From contig CAYYRJ010000013.1 of NCBI GenBank assembly GCA_964474085.1, positions 797-64,796 of the forward strand: 64,000 bases of DNA, read 5' to 3'. A program made the translations under genes and the position numbers. The notes under the pieces were generated by a model. That model had not been told where the DNA came from. It searched no databases and saw nothing but the letters and a program-made list of their open reading frames with translations. Numbering within the stretch: the stretch's first letter is position 1; the number at the start of each line of letters is the position of its first letter. The stretch comes from an uncultured Planctomycetales bacterium. GTDB lineage: Bacteria > Omnitrophota > Gorgyraeia > Zapsychrales > JANLHA01. Below are positions 19,942-30,522 of this stretch, one piece after another.

Positions 19942-20955
19942 TTGATGAAACGCGCTGATCTCTTCTATAACCTTCCTCCGCAATTAATCGCCCAATATCC
20001 TCTGAAAGACCGTAGTCAAGCGCGGCTTTTGGTTATTGACCGTTTGAGCGGCCAGATTCGTCACAGCCGGTTTTCAGATCTGGCGGATTTTTTGCCGTCG
20101 AAAAGTTTTTTTGTCATTAACGATAGCAAAGTCATTCCTGCGCGCTTGCTGGGCGTTAAAAAACGCAGCGGCGGCAAGGTCGAAATTTTTTTACTCAAAA
20201 AAGACAGTGACGAGTATACTTATCAGGTGCTTTTGCGCCCATTAAGCAAGCTTAAGAACGGCGATATTATTGAATTTGAAAACAGCCGGTTGATAGCAAA
20301 GATTCTTGATACACAAGCGCGACGGGTAAAATTTAATTTTAAAAATATAGCCCCGTATTTGGCCACGGTCGGGCACATGCCTTTGCCGCCGTATATTAAA
20401 AGGCCCGACGAAAAGTCGGATCAGAACGATTATCAAACGGTTTACGCCCGACAGGCAGGATCTGTTGCAGCTCCGACAGCAGGGTTGCATTTTACAAAGG
20501 AGCATTTGGCGGCCTTAAAAAGGCAAGGCCATGATGTTTTGCGCACGACGTTGCATGTTAATTACGCGACGTTTAAGGAAATTGAAGAAGACGATGTTTA
20601 CAAACACAAGATGCATTTTGAAAGTTACGAAATAGCAGATAAAGCACTACAAAAACTTAGTGCTTTAAGGAAATCGGGTCGAAAGTCTGTTGCTGTTGGG
20701 ACAACGAGTTGCCGCGTGCTTGAGTCCGTCGCTAAAACCGGATTGCTCAAAGGCGAGACAGACCTTTTTATTTATCCGGGGTATCAGTTTCAAATGACGG
20801 ATGCGCTGATTACCAATTTTCATTTGCCGTATAGTTCTTTGCTTTTGTTAGTTTACGCTTTTGGCGGGACGGATTTGATCCGCCGCGCGTACAGCGAAGC
20901 GATCAAAGAGAAGTACAGGTTTTTTAGTTATGGCGATTGTATGCTCATTTTATAA
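19942..20955 (+). CDS. queA: S-adenosylmethionine:tRNA ribosyltransferase-isomerase
   Basis: N-terminal FYNLPPQLIAQYP motif. 337 aa. Confidence 0.9.
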   Translation: MMKRADLFYNLPPQLIAQYPLKDRSQARLLVIDRLSGQIRHSRFSDLADFLPSKSFFVINDSKVIPARLLGVKKRSGGKVEIFLLKKDSDEYTYQVLLRPLSKLKNGDIIEFENSRLIAKILDTQARRVKFNFKNIAPYLATVGHMPLPPYIKRPDEKSDQNDYQTVYARQAGSVAAPTAGLHFTKEHLAALKRQGHDVLRTTLHVNYATFKEIEEDDVYKHKMHFESYEIADKALQKLSALRKSGRKSVAVGTTSCRVLESVAKTGLLKGETDLFIYPGYQFQMTDALITNFHLPYSSLLLLVYAFGGTDLIRRAYSEAIKEKYRFFSYGDCMLIL

Positions 20956-20962
20956 TGTGTTT

Positions 20963-21110
20963 GCTAGTTCCGACCGCCTTACGCTGGAACGCTTGCCAAG
21001 CCCCTGCGAGGCTTGGTTTCGCTCGACGCTCGGACTCACTCTCCCGCCTTCGGCGGGATCCGTGCCCGTTCGTCCTCGCAACGTCCAGCTTTAAGGCGGT
21101 CAGAACTAGC
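20963..21110. repeat. about 148-nt GC-rich palindromic element (possible MITE or structured RNA) between queA and tgt
   Basis: Terminal arms gctagttccgaccgcctta / taaggcggtcagaactagc. Internal gctggaacg/cgtccagc and cccgccttcggcggg hairpins. Confidence 0.5.
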
Positions 21111-21125
21111 ATAGATTTCATATAA

Positions 21126-22274
<1,149 letters not shown>

Positions 22275-22286
22275 AGAGAGAAGACT

Positions 22287-22988
22287 ATGCTTAAATTTGA
22301 TATTCTCACAATCTTCCCGACGATGTTTCATGGTGTTGTCAATGAGTCGATTGTCAAACGTGCGCAGGAAAAGAAAAAAGTCTCCATTAAGATCCATGAC
22401 TTGCGTGATTGGACACATGACAATCATCGCAAGGTTGATGACCGGCCATTTGGCGGGGGCCCTGGTATGGTCATGATGCCAGAACCGATTTTTGATGCGA
22501 TTAAAGATATAAAGGGAAAGCGCAAAGCTCATGTCATTTTAACTTGTGCGGGAGGTCAATCGTTTACGCAGGCAAAGGCGCGGCAACTGGCAAAAAAGAA
22601 AAATATTATTTTTATCTGCGGCCATTATGAAGGAGTTGACGAGCGCGTCAGGCAAGAGCTTGTTGATGAAAGCTTGTCGATCGGCGATTATGTTTTGACC
22701 GGCGGGGAATTACCTGCGATGGTGATGATTGACGCGGTGACCCGTCTTTTGCCCGGCGTTTTGGGCAAGGCCGAGTCTTTGCAGAGTGAATCATTCGAAA
22801 ATGGTCTTTTGGAATATCCGCAGTACACGCGCCCGGCTGTTTTTAAGCGTAAAAAAGTGCCCGCGGTGCTTCTGTCCGGCAACCACAAAGAGATTGAGTC
22901 GTGGCGGCGAGAACAGGCGGTTACTCGCACCCAAAAGTCTCGGCCTGATTTGCTTAAAAAGTCAAAAGGTGCAGCGGCGAAAGAATAA
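22287..22988 (+). CDS. trmD: tRNA (guanine37-N1)-methyltransferase
   Basis: [12 protein letters not shown]-terminus. SPOUT-fold motifs. Confidence 0.95.
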   Translation: MLKFDILTIFPTMFHGVVNESIVKRAQEKKKVSIKIHDLRDWTHDNHRKVDDRPFGGGPGMVMMPEPIFDAIKDIKGKRKAHVILTCAGGQSFTQAKARQLAKKKNIIFICGHYEGVDERVRQELVDESLSIGDYVLTGGELPAMVMIDAVTRLLPGVLGKAESLQSESFENGLLEYPQYTRPAVFKRKKVPAVLLSGNHKEIESWRREQAVTRTQKSRPDLLKKSKGAAAKE

Positions 22989-22989
22989 T

Positions 22990-23018
22990 TTGACAGAAAA
23001 GGCAAGTTACGCTAAAAT
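22990..23018 (+). promoter_or_regulatory. sigma70-type promoter for rplS
   Basis: TTGACA, then a 17-nt spacer, then TAAAAT, positioned about 50 nt upstream of the rplS ATG. Confidence 0.6.
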
Positions 23019-23069
23019 CCACACCTTCCAAGCGACAATAAATGTGTAATCTAAAAAGAGGAAAGACAT

Positions 23070-23447
23070 ATGGCGACGTCATTAGAAAAAATGAAATTAA
23101 TTGAAGATCAATTCCTACGCAAGGATTTCCCTGAATTTAATCCCGGCGATGTTGTCAAAATGAAGCTTAAGGTCAAGGAAGCCGACAAGATTCGCCTTCA
23201 TTCGTTTGAAGGCACTGTCATCCGTAAAACCGGCGGTGGATTAAACGGTACGTTTACCGTCCGCAAAGTTTCTTTTGGCGAAGGGGTTGAAAAAGTTTTT
23301 CCGCTTAATTCTCCGGTCATTGACAGCATACAGATTGTCAGCAGGGGGAAGGTTAATCGCAGCAAGCTTTATTATTTGCGCGGTCGTGTCGGAAAAGCTT
23401 CCAAAGTCGAAAAAGCTGTTGAAAAGCAACCTGCGGTTGCCGCTTAA
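23070..23447 (+). CDS. rplS: 50S ribosomal protein L19
   Basis: 125 aa. trmD-rplS linkage. Strong sigma70 promoter upstream. Confidence 0.95.
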   Translation: MATSLEKMKLIEDQFLRKDFPEFNPGDVVKMKLKVKEADKIRLHSFEGTVIRKTGGGLNGTFTVRKVSFGEGVEKVFPLNSPVIDSIQIVSRGKVNRSKLYYLRGRVGKASKVEKAVEKQPAVAA

Positions 23448-23491
23448 TTTTCTTCCAGTTCCAATAATCATATCGAGAGACTAGTTGCTCG

Positions 23492-24097
23492 ATGTTAGTC
23501 CACGAACAAAAAGCCAGAGAAGAAGGTTTTGATTTGCTCGTTGGAATCGATGAGGCTGGCCGAGGTCCTTTGGCCGGCCCGGTTGTTGCCGCCGCTGTTT
23601 GTATCAATGAACATCATTTTTCCTGCCGTATTGATGACTCCAAAAAATTGACCGAAAAAAACCGTCAGGACGCTTTTGACGAAATTGTTGCTAATTGCGA
23701 CTTTGGTGTTGGCATAATCAGTGAAGAGCAGATTGACAAGCATAATATTTTGCAGGCGACCTTTATGGCGATGAAGGCGGCTATTTTAGATTTGGCCATG
23801 CAAGTGCAACTTAAGCCGGATAAGGTGTGTCTGCTGATCGACGGCAACCAATTTACTTCGGATTTGCCGTATGCGCACCGAACCATTGTTGGCGGGGACG
23901 CGCAAAGTCTGTCAATTGCTTGCGCTTCGATTATTGCGAAGGTGACCCGCGACCGGTTGCTGGTCGCGTACGACAAAATTTTCCCTCAGTACGGTTTTGC
24001 CAAACATAAAGGCTACCCCACAAAAGAGCACAAAAAGGCGATTGCGCTACACGGGCTTTCGCCTATTCACCGGCGGTCCTTTAGGCATGTTTTCTAA
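23492..24097 (+). CDS. rnhB: ribonuclease HII
   Basis: LVGIDEAGRGPLAGPVV active-site motif. Confidence 0.95.
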   Translation: MLVHEQKAREEGFDLLVGIDEAGRGPLAGPVVAAAVCINEHHFSCRIDDSKKLTEKNRQDAFDEIVANCDFGVGIISEEQIDKHNILQATFMAMKAAILDLAMQVQLKPDKVCLLIDGNQFTSDLPYAHRTIVGGDAQSLSIACASIIAKVTRDRLLVAYDKIFPQYGFAKHKGYPTKEHKKAIALHGLSPIHRRSFRHVF

Positions 24098-24470
24098 AAT
24101 GAATGATCTGTTGCGAAAAAAACTCGGGGCCGATGGGGAACAAATCGCGGTCGGATTTTTACGTAAGCGCGGCTTGCGTATTCTCAATCAAAATTTTCGA
24201 TGCCGTTTAGGTGAGATTGACATTATCGCGCTGGATAAAAACACGGTGTGTTTTGTGGAGGTCAAGACCCGACGGACGCTTGGCTTTGGTTCTGGCATGG
24301 AAGCCGTTTCGCGGGCTAAACAGCAGAAGATCATGAAAACCGCATTGCTATATTTAAAAATGCATAATTTAAGCGAGTGTGATTTTCGGTTTGACGTGAT
24401 CTCGATTTTGCTCTCTGATCCCGATGCGCCGCACGTCGAGTATTTACAGAATGCTTTTGATGGTTTTTGA
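24087..24470 (+). CDS. yraN: YraN-family (UPF0102) endonuclease
   Basis: GEIDIIA...CFVEVKTR motif. Conserved rnhB-yraN pairing. Start overlaps the rnhB stop. Confidence 0.8.
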   Translation: MFSKMNDLLRKKLGADGEQIAVGFLRKRGLRILNQNFRCRLGEIDIIALDKNTVCFVEVKTRRTLGFGSGMEAVSRAKQQKIMKTALLYLKMHNLSECDFRFDVISILLSDPDAPHVEYLQNAFDGF

Positions 24471-24556
24471 TTTGCAAAAGTCCCGGCAATACGTTAATAT
24501 GACGCAGTTGTTTCTTTCTTGATCAGAACAATGAATCCCCAAAACAGGATGCGCGA

Positions 24557-25042
24557 GTGAAAAAATTTCAAGACCATACTCTCCGTCAATATTGTGAAGT
24601 TTTGTCCCAAAAAGTTTCGGTTCCCGGCGGCGGTTCGGCGGCCGCTTTAACGGCGGCTTTGGGAGCGGCCCTTTTGTCGATGGTAGTTAATTATTCGCTG
24701 GGTAAAAAAACAGTGGATGTCGATGAGAAGCTTAAAGAAATTTTAAAAAAGAGCGAAGCTTTGCGGGAGCGTTTTTTGGAATTAGTGGATTTGGATGCAG
24801 AAGTTTATTTGGAATTTGTGAAAGCCCGAAAAGCCGATGAAGCGACCAAAGAAGCGGCCCGCAAACGCGCGTGTGAGGTCCCGCTTGAAATTGCCAAGCT
24901 TTGTTATCAGGCTCTTGATCTTGCCCCTTACTTGGTTTTGGAAGGTAATAAATATTTAGTCAGCGATGTCGAGGTAGCCCTTGAGCTTTTAGGCGCGGCG
25001 TATAAGTCGGCGATGTTTAATGTACGGATCAATCAAGGGTAA
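24557..25042 (+). CDS. methenyltetrahydrofolate cyclohydrolase / formiminotransferase-cyclodeaminase C-domain family protein
   Basis: VPGGGSAAALTAALGAALLSMV motif typical of the FTCD_C/FchA family. GTG start. Adjacent to folD. Confidence 0.75.
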   Translation: MKKFQDHTLRQYCEVLSQKVSVPGGGSAAALTAALGAALLSMVVNYSLGKKTVDVDEKLKEILKKSEALRERFLELVDLDAEVYLEFVKARKADEATKEAARKRACEVPLEIAKLCYQALDLAPYLVLEGNKYLVSDVEVALELLGAAYKSAMFNVRINQG

Positions 25043-25044
25043 AC

Positions 25045-25911
25045 ATGATGTCTGCAAAAATTCTCGACGGAAAGATATTAGCCCAAAAGTTAAGTGATGC
25101 GCTGGAGTCCGAAGTCAATGCTCTTAAAGCGGCAACCGGCAAAACTGTGCGTATGGTCAATGTCATAGTTGGCGACGATCACGGGGCCTGCGCGTATGCG
25201 AATTCGCAAAAGCGTAGCGCCGAGCGTATTGGTATAAGCTATGAACTGCTAACACTCTCGACGGATATTTTGCAGCAAAAACTCGAGGATCAATTAAGTC
25301 AGTTAAGCGCTGATCCGTCTGTCCACGCGATTATGCTGCATAAACCTGTCCCCGCAGGCATTGATTTTCAGTCTGCTGTCCGGCAGATTTCAGTATTAAA
25401 AGATGTCGAAGGGTTAAACGCTTTGAATTTAGGTCAATTGCTTTTAGGCGGGACAAAAATTTTGCCCTGCACGCCTGCGGCTGTTATGGCGCATTTAGCG
25501 GCGATTCCGGATTTTTCTCTGCGCGGCAAACAGGCGGTTGTCGTCGGGCGAAGTGAAATTGTCGGTAAACCTGTGGCTCTGCTTTTATTAGCGCAAAGTG
25601 CTACGGTAACGGTTTGTCATAGCGCAACCGACCAGGTGGGGAAATTGCAGGAGCACATAAGTGGGGCGGATATTTTGGTTGCGGCCATAGGCAAAGCAAA
25701 TTTTGTCCGCGGAGAGTGGATTAAAAAAGGCGCGGTTGTCATCGACGTGGGAATCAATTTGCTTAACGGAAAAATGGTTGGTGATGTCGATTTTGAAAGT
25801 GCGAAACTCCACGCTGGTTTTATTACGCCGGTGCCCGGCGGTGTGGGGCCGGTGACGGTCGTTTGTTTGATGCGCAATGCACTTGAGGCATTTAAACTTC
25901 AACAAAAATAG
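25045..25911 (+). CDS. folD: bifunctional methylenetetrahydrofolate dehydrogenase/cyclohydrolase
   Basis: 288 aa. Conserved FolD blocks (TPVPGGVGPVTV). Confidence 0.95.
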   Translation: MMSAKILDGKILAQKLSDALESEVNALKAATGKTVRMVNVIVGDDHGACAYANSQKRSAERIGISYELLTLSTDILQQKLEDQLSQLSADPSVHAIMLHKPVPAGIDFQSAVRQISVLKDVEGLNALNLGQLLLGGTKILPCTPAAVMAHLAAIPDFSLRGKQAVVVGRSEIVGKPVALLLLAQSATVTVCHSATDQVGKLQEHISGADILVAAIGKANFVRGEWIKKGAVVIDVGINLLNGKMVGDVDFESAKLHAGFITPVPGGVGPVTVVCLMRNALEAFKLQQK

Positions 25912-25932
25912 ATTTTTTATTATAATGCGTCT

Positions 25933-27009
25933 ATGAAAAAAATTGTCATTTTAGGAAATTCCTTAACCGCGATCAAGACCCTTGAAACCCTTAAAAGTTT
26001 CGGCGAGGATTTTGAGGTGGTTGTTATCTCTGCAGAAAACACTTTTCCTTATTATCGTAATCTTGTTGCCAGTCTTGCTGTCAAAAAGATTCCTCAAAAC
26101 AAGATTTTTTATCGGCCCAGCACCGAATATGAGTCTGAAAAGATCAAGTTTATTTTTGACAAAAAAGTCACCCGCATAAATTTTAAGCGACGTCGTTTGA
26201 CGCTCGATGATAAAGAGCAGATTGACTATGATGTGCTTTTGTTGTCGGATCTTCTCCAAGAACCTTTTGCGCCGCTTAAGGGTGCTAATAAGAGCGGACT
26301 TTATCAGCTCAAACGTTTAAGCGACATGACAGCGCTTTTAAAACTTTTGCCGCTTGTCGAAACTGTTGTGGTGGAATCGGATCACCTTGCCGGACTGGAA
26401 TGTGCTTTGGCTTTTTGCGAAGCTAAAAAAGAAGTGATCCTTGTCACGTCGGGAAAAAATATTTTAAATGGGCTTTTGTCGTTGGAGGACAGTCTTTTTC
26501 TTGAAACTTTATTGGCCAAGACGAGTTTAAGGATTTTTGCGGAAAACAAAATTACTGAAATCTTAGGCGACACAGAAGCGAAGGCTATTCGTTTGCAAAA
26601 TGGGAAAGTCTTAGGCTGCCAGGCGATTTTGACGGATGTTGATTGGCCGGATTTGCGTTTGTTTAAGGAAACAGAACTGCAGTGTGGCCAACGGGTTTCG
26701 GTAAATCAAAGCTATCAAACGAATTTTGAGAATGTCTTTGCCATGGATGGCGTTTGTGATACGATAAAAATCGCTGATTGGGATGTTTCACAAAATTATC
26801 TGTCACTTGTGCAAATTTACGCCAGCAGCATTGTTTCAAAAATTGTTGGAAAAGAATTCACCCAAACATTGGCAGAGCCGTTGACCTGGGAGCTTAAAGT
26901 CAAAGATGAAATCATCAAGCTGTCAGCTGCAGGCGAACTTTCGCAAACACCGATATTGCAGATTAATAGAGAAGAAAACGCTTTGGTTCCACAGCCGTTA
27001 GCGGCTTAG
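25933..27009 (+). CDS. degenerate pyridine nucleotide-disulfide oxidoreductase homologue (probable pseudoenzyme)
   Basis: Overall architecture resembles Nox/CoA-disulfide reductase (PYYRN, IDYDVLLLS, AMDGVCDT). Both GxGxxG dinucleotide motifs are replaced (LGNSLTA; ESDHLAGLE). Confidence 0.5.
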   Translation: MKKIVILGNSLTAIKTLETLKSFGEDFEVVVISAENTFPYYRNLVASLAVKKIPQNKIFYRPSTEYESEKIKFIFDKKVTRINFKRRRLTLDDKEQIDYDVLLLSDLLQEPFAPLKGANKSGLYQLKRLSDMTALLKLLPLVETVVVESDHLAGLECALAFCEAKKEVILVTSGKNILNGLLSLEDSLFLETLLAKTSLRIFAENKITEILGDTEAKAIRLQNGKVLGCQAILTDVDWPDLRLFKETELQCGQRVSVNQSYQTNFENVFAMDGVCDTIKIADWDVSQNYLSLVQIYASSIVSKIVGKEFTQTLAEPLTWELKVKDEIIKLSAAGELSQTPILQINREENALVPQPLAA

Positions 27010-27056
27010 AGTAGATTAAGAAATTTCTTGCATAATTCTCAATAATCGTTTATTCT

Positions 27057-27902
27057 ATGACCATTATTTATCAGCGACTTAGAATTTTAATTGTTTCTTG
27101 CGTCCTTTCCTTTTTTGTTTTTAATTCCCAAATTTATGCCAGTGCTTTAGACCCGCAAGTCGATCTTTATCGTTCCAAAGGGCTACAAGCGCAGGCAAAG
27201 GGCAATTACAAGGAAGCGTTGAATTTTTACCTTAAAGCGGCGAGCTTTGGGCCAGAAAATCCTGTTCTTTATAATGATATTGGTCTGAGCTATGAACAAA
27301 TTGGTTCTCCCGATCAGGCTGAGCAGTATTATTTGCGTATTTTAAAAATTGATAGCAATTATTTGCCGGCGTATTCAAATTTGGCGTATCTCTATTTAAG
27401 CCAGAACCAAACTGAGAAAGCTAAAGAGTTTTTTTTAGAGCGACTCAAGCGCGCGCCAGCGAATGATCCGTGGAAAGAAAAGATTCGCCAGGAACTTTAT
27501 CGGGTTGATCCGGGTTTAAAGGCGGCTGCAATCAAAGAAGAGATGGAAGAAACAGCTCGTCGTTTGGCTTGGCAAGCGGATCAAAAGGCACAGCAGGAGT
27601 TTGTTTTGGCTGTTGAACGGGCGCAAAAACACTATATGCGCGGGGAAAGTTACCGTGCACAAAAGAAGTATAGCCAGGCGATCAGTGAATTTGATCAGGC
27701 GCTTAAGGTAACGCCCGAAAATCCCAAGCTGGTCAAAGCCAAAGAACAGGCGCAATATGAGGAAAGGATAGACGAGGTTAACCAACGCATTAACGCTGCC
27801 ACCGCCCAATTAAAGACAGGTGAGGTGGACCGTGCAAAAAATGAATTCCAGCAAATACTCGCTATAATCCCAAAAGAACCTATTTCTAATTCAAAGAATT
27901 AA
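27057..27902 (+). CDS. secreted TPR-repeat protein
   Basis: Signal peptide. Three or more TPR units (AxxxYxxA periodicity). C-terminal coiled coil. Confidence 0.7.
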   Translation: MTIIYQRLRILIVSCVLSFFVFNSQIYASALDPQVDLYRSKGLQAQAKGNYKEALNFYLKAASFGPENPVLYNDIGLSYEQIGSPDQAEQYYLRILKIDSNYLPAYSNLAYLYLSQNQTEKAKEFFLERLKRAPANDPWKEKIRQELYRVDPGLKAAAIKEEMEETARRLAWQADQKAQQEFVLAVERAQKHYMRGESYRAQKKYSQAISEFDQALKVTPENPKLVKAKEQAQYEERIDEVNQRINAATAQLKTGEVDRAKNEFQQILAIIPKEPISNSKN

Positions 27903-27927
27903 TACACTCCCTCTTTAAGGTTTTTGA

Positions 27928-30501
27928 ATGTCTGTTTCGCGACTCTTTTTGATTGATGCTCACGCTTTGTGCTATCGCGCATTTTTTGCGATTAAGGAAC
28001 TGCGCAATTCCAAAGGGCAGGCGACGAATGCGGTGTATGGTTTTGTTGCGGCGTTAAAAAAAATATTGCGGGAGTATCAGCCGCAGTATTTGGCCGTGTG
28101 TTTTGACGTCAAGGGCAAGACCCTTCGCCAAAAGAAATATGCCGACTATAAGATTCAGCGTCCGGCAATGCCGGATGAGTTGATCAGCCAGATTTCGATA
28201 ATCAAAGATATCGTCCGGGCTTATCATATCCCGATCCTCGAGTTGGAAGGTTATGAAGCGGATGATATTATCGCCACAATTGCGCGGCGCATTACACAAC
28301 CGGATCTTGAAACGGTCATTGTCAGTGATGATAAAGACATGTTTCAATTAGTCGGTAAAAGTGTAAAGATTTTAAGTTCGCGGCAGGATGCGATATTACA
28401 CTCGGGGGATGTTGAGAAAATTTTAGGATTTTCACCGGCGCTTATTCCCGACTATTTGGCCTTGGCGGGGGATGCGGTTGACAATATTCCTGGAGTCAAA
28501 GGTATTGGCGAGGTTTCCGCCAAAAACTTACTTTGCGAGTATGGCTCTTTGAAAGAAATTCTCAAAAATGCGGATGCGCTGTTGCCTCTGCGCGTTCGCC
28601 AGGCGATTATGGCCCAAAAAGACAACGCGACGTTAAGCTACGAACTTGCGCTTTTGGAAGATAAAGCTCCGATCGCTCTTGATTTGGAGAATATGCGTGT
28701 CGGTGCGCCCGACACAAAAGCGCTTGAAACATTGTTTAGCGAAATGGAATTTCGCAAATTTGTGGCCGAACTTGATAGCGAATCCTCTAAGCCATCAGCG
28801 AAGATTTTGGTCAAACGTGTTGAAAAGCAAGCTGATTTTAAGGCGCTTGTCGAGAGCATCAAAGCCAAAGGATTTTTTGCGTTTGCCTGTGACCCAAAAC
28901 CACCTGTTGCAGAAATTTCGGTGCCACAAAAAATATTCATAGCCGCGGCAGGCGAGGTCTATCAAATTCCTGCGACGGATGATGAGTGGTTGACGCAACT
29001 TTTTGGTAATCCCGGTATTGTCATCGTCACGCACGACATAAAAAGTCAACTTAAAGGCTGGCCTTTGGCCGTCGAGCAGATTGCGGGAAAAGTTTTTGAT
29101 GTCATGCTTGCCGGGTATTTGTCGAGCCCTTCGCGTGGCAATTATGATTTGGGCGTTTTGGCGTGGGAATATTTGAAAAAAACAGTATCGCAAGACTTGT
29201 CGCCTGCCCAAGCGGTTGTGATTGTCGAGCAGCTTTATCAGCCGCTATTATCCCAGCTTAAAGAACGCGAACTTTTGCAGTTGTTTGACGATTTGGAAAT
29301 GCCGCTTGCTTTTGTTCTTTCCGGGATGGAACAAGAAGGCGTGTGTATTGATGAAAAGTTACTCAACCGTTTGTCTGGGGAGACGTCAAAACGCATTGAC
29401 GTTTTGGTCAAAGAAATTCATCAACTTGCCGGCGAGGAATTTAACCTTAATTCGCCCAAGCAGCTGGCCCAGATTTTGTTTGTGAAGTTGAAGTTGCCAG
29501 CGGTTAAGAAAACAAAAACCGGATTTTCGACGGATGAAGGCGTTTTGTCGCAGTTGGCTCAAAGCCATGCATTGCCGGCCCAATTGCTCGAGTATCGCCA
29601 GCTGACAAAACTTAAATCAACGTATATCGATGCATTGCCCAAGCTCATTGATCCTTTGACCGGACGTGTGCACACCACCTTTAACCAGGCGGGGACGGAA
29701 ACCGGACGTTTAAGTTCGAATAATCCGAATTTGCAAAATATTCCGATTCGTACCGATTTGGGCCGCCAGATCCGCGCGGCTTTTATCCCGTCGGCAGAAG
29801 ATCGAATTATTATTTCGGCGGATTATTCTCAGATTGAACTGCGGATATTAGCGGATCTTTGTAGGGATGAAAATTTAATTGAGACGTTTGAAAAAGGCGA
29901 AGATGTTCACACGACGACCGCCGCTAAGATCTTTGATATTAAGGAAAGCGAAGTGACCCCCGAGATGCGAAATAGCGCCAAGCGCGTTAACTTCGGGATT
30001 ATTTATGGGATCAGCGCTTTTGGGTTGTCCAAAGATTTAAAAATCAGTCCCGCACGGGCGCAGGATTTTATTGACCGTTATTTCTTGCGTTATCCGAAAG
30101 TTAAAAAGTTTATGGACGAGGAAATCGTCAAATGCCGCAAGCAGGGCTTTGTGACGACACTCTTGCATCGCAGACGGTATATTCCGGAAATCAACAGTCC
30201 TAATGTCGGGATACGCCAGTTTGCCGAGCGCCAGGCGATTAATACGCCGGTGCAAGGATCGGCCGCAGATATCATTAAATTGGCGATGATCAAAATCGCC
30301 GAGGACCTGAAAGAAAAAAATTTTAAATCGCGGATGATTATTACCGTGCACGATGAATTGGTTTTTGACGCGCTTGTCTCCGAGGAGAAAAAGCTTATCG
30401 AGCTTGTTCGCCAGAGAATGGAGCACACTATGCCTTTGCGTGTTGCGGTTCTCGTGAGTATAAAAAAAGGCAAAAATTGGTTGGATACTCAAAAGGTTTA
30501 A
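27928..30501 (+). CDS. polA: DNA polymerase I
   Basis: 857 aa. 5'-3' exonuclease N-terminus. Pol A motifs A, B and C (DYSQIELR, RNSAKRVNFGIIYG, VHDE). Confidence 0.95.
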   Translation: MSVSRLFLIDAHALCYRAFFAIKELRNSKGQATNAVYGFVAALKKILREYQPQYLAVCFDVKGKTLRQKKYADYKIQRPAMPDELISQISIIKDIVRAYHIPILELEGYEADDIIATIARRITQPDLETVIVSDDKDMFQLVGKSVKILSSRQDAILHSGDVEKILGFSPALIPDYLALAGDAVDNIPGVKGIGEVSAKNLLCEYGSLKEILKNADALLPLRVRQAIMAQKDNATLSYELALLEDKAPIALDLENMRVGAPDTKALETLFSEMEFRKFVAELDSESSKPSAKILVKRVEKQADFKALVESIKAKGFFAFACDPKPPVAEISVPQKIFIAAAGEVYQIPATDDEWLTQLFGNPGIVIVTHDIKSQLKGWPLAVEQIAGKVFDVMLAGYLSSPSRGNYDLGVLAWEYLKKTVSQDLSPAQAVVIVEQLYQPLLSQLKERELLQLFDDLEMPLAFVLSGMEQEGVCIDEKLLNRLSGETSKRIDVLVKEIHQLAGEEFNLNSPKQLAQILFVKLKLPAVKKTKTGFSTDEGVLSQLAQSHALPAQLLEYRQLTKLKSTYIDALPKLIDPLTGRVHTTFNQAGTETGRLSSNNPNLQNIPIRTDLGRQIRAAFIPSAEDRIIISADYSQIELRILADLCRDENLIETFEKGEDVHTTTAAKIFDIKESEVTPEMRNSAKRVNFGIIYGISAFGLSKDLKISPARAQDFIDRYFLRYPKVKKFMDEEIVKCRKQGFVTTLLHRRRYIPEINSPNVGIRQFAERQAINTPVQGSAADIIKLAMIKIAEDLKEKNFKSRMIITVHDELVFDALVSEEKKLIELVRQRMEHTMPLRVAVLVSIKKGKNWLDTQKV

Positions 30502-30522
30502 CAGTAGCGACGTGAATAATTT

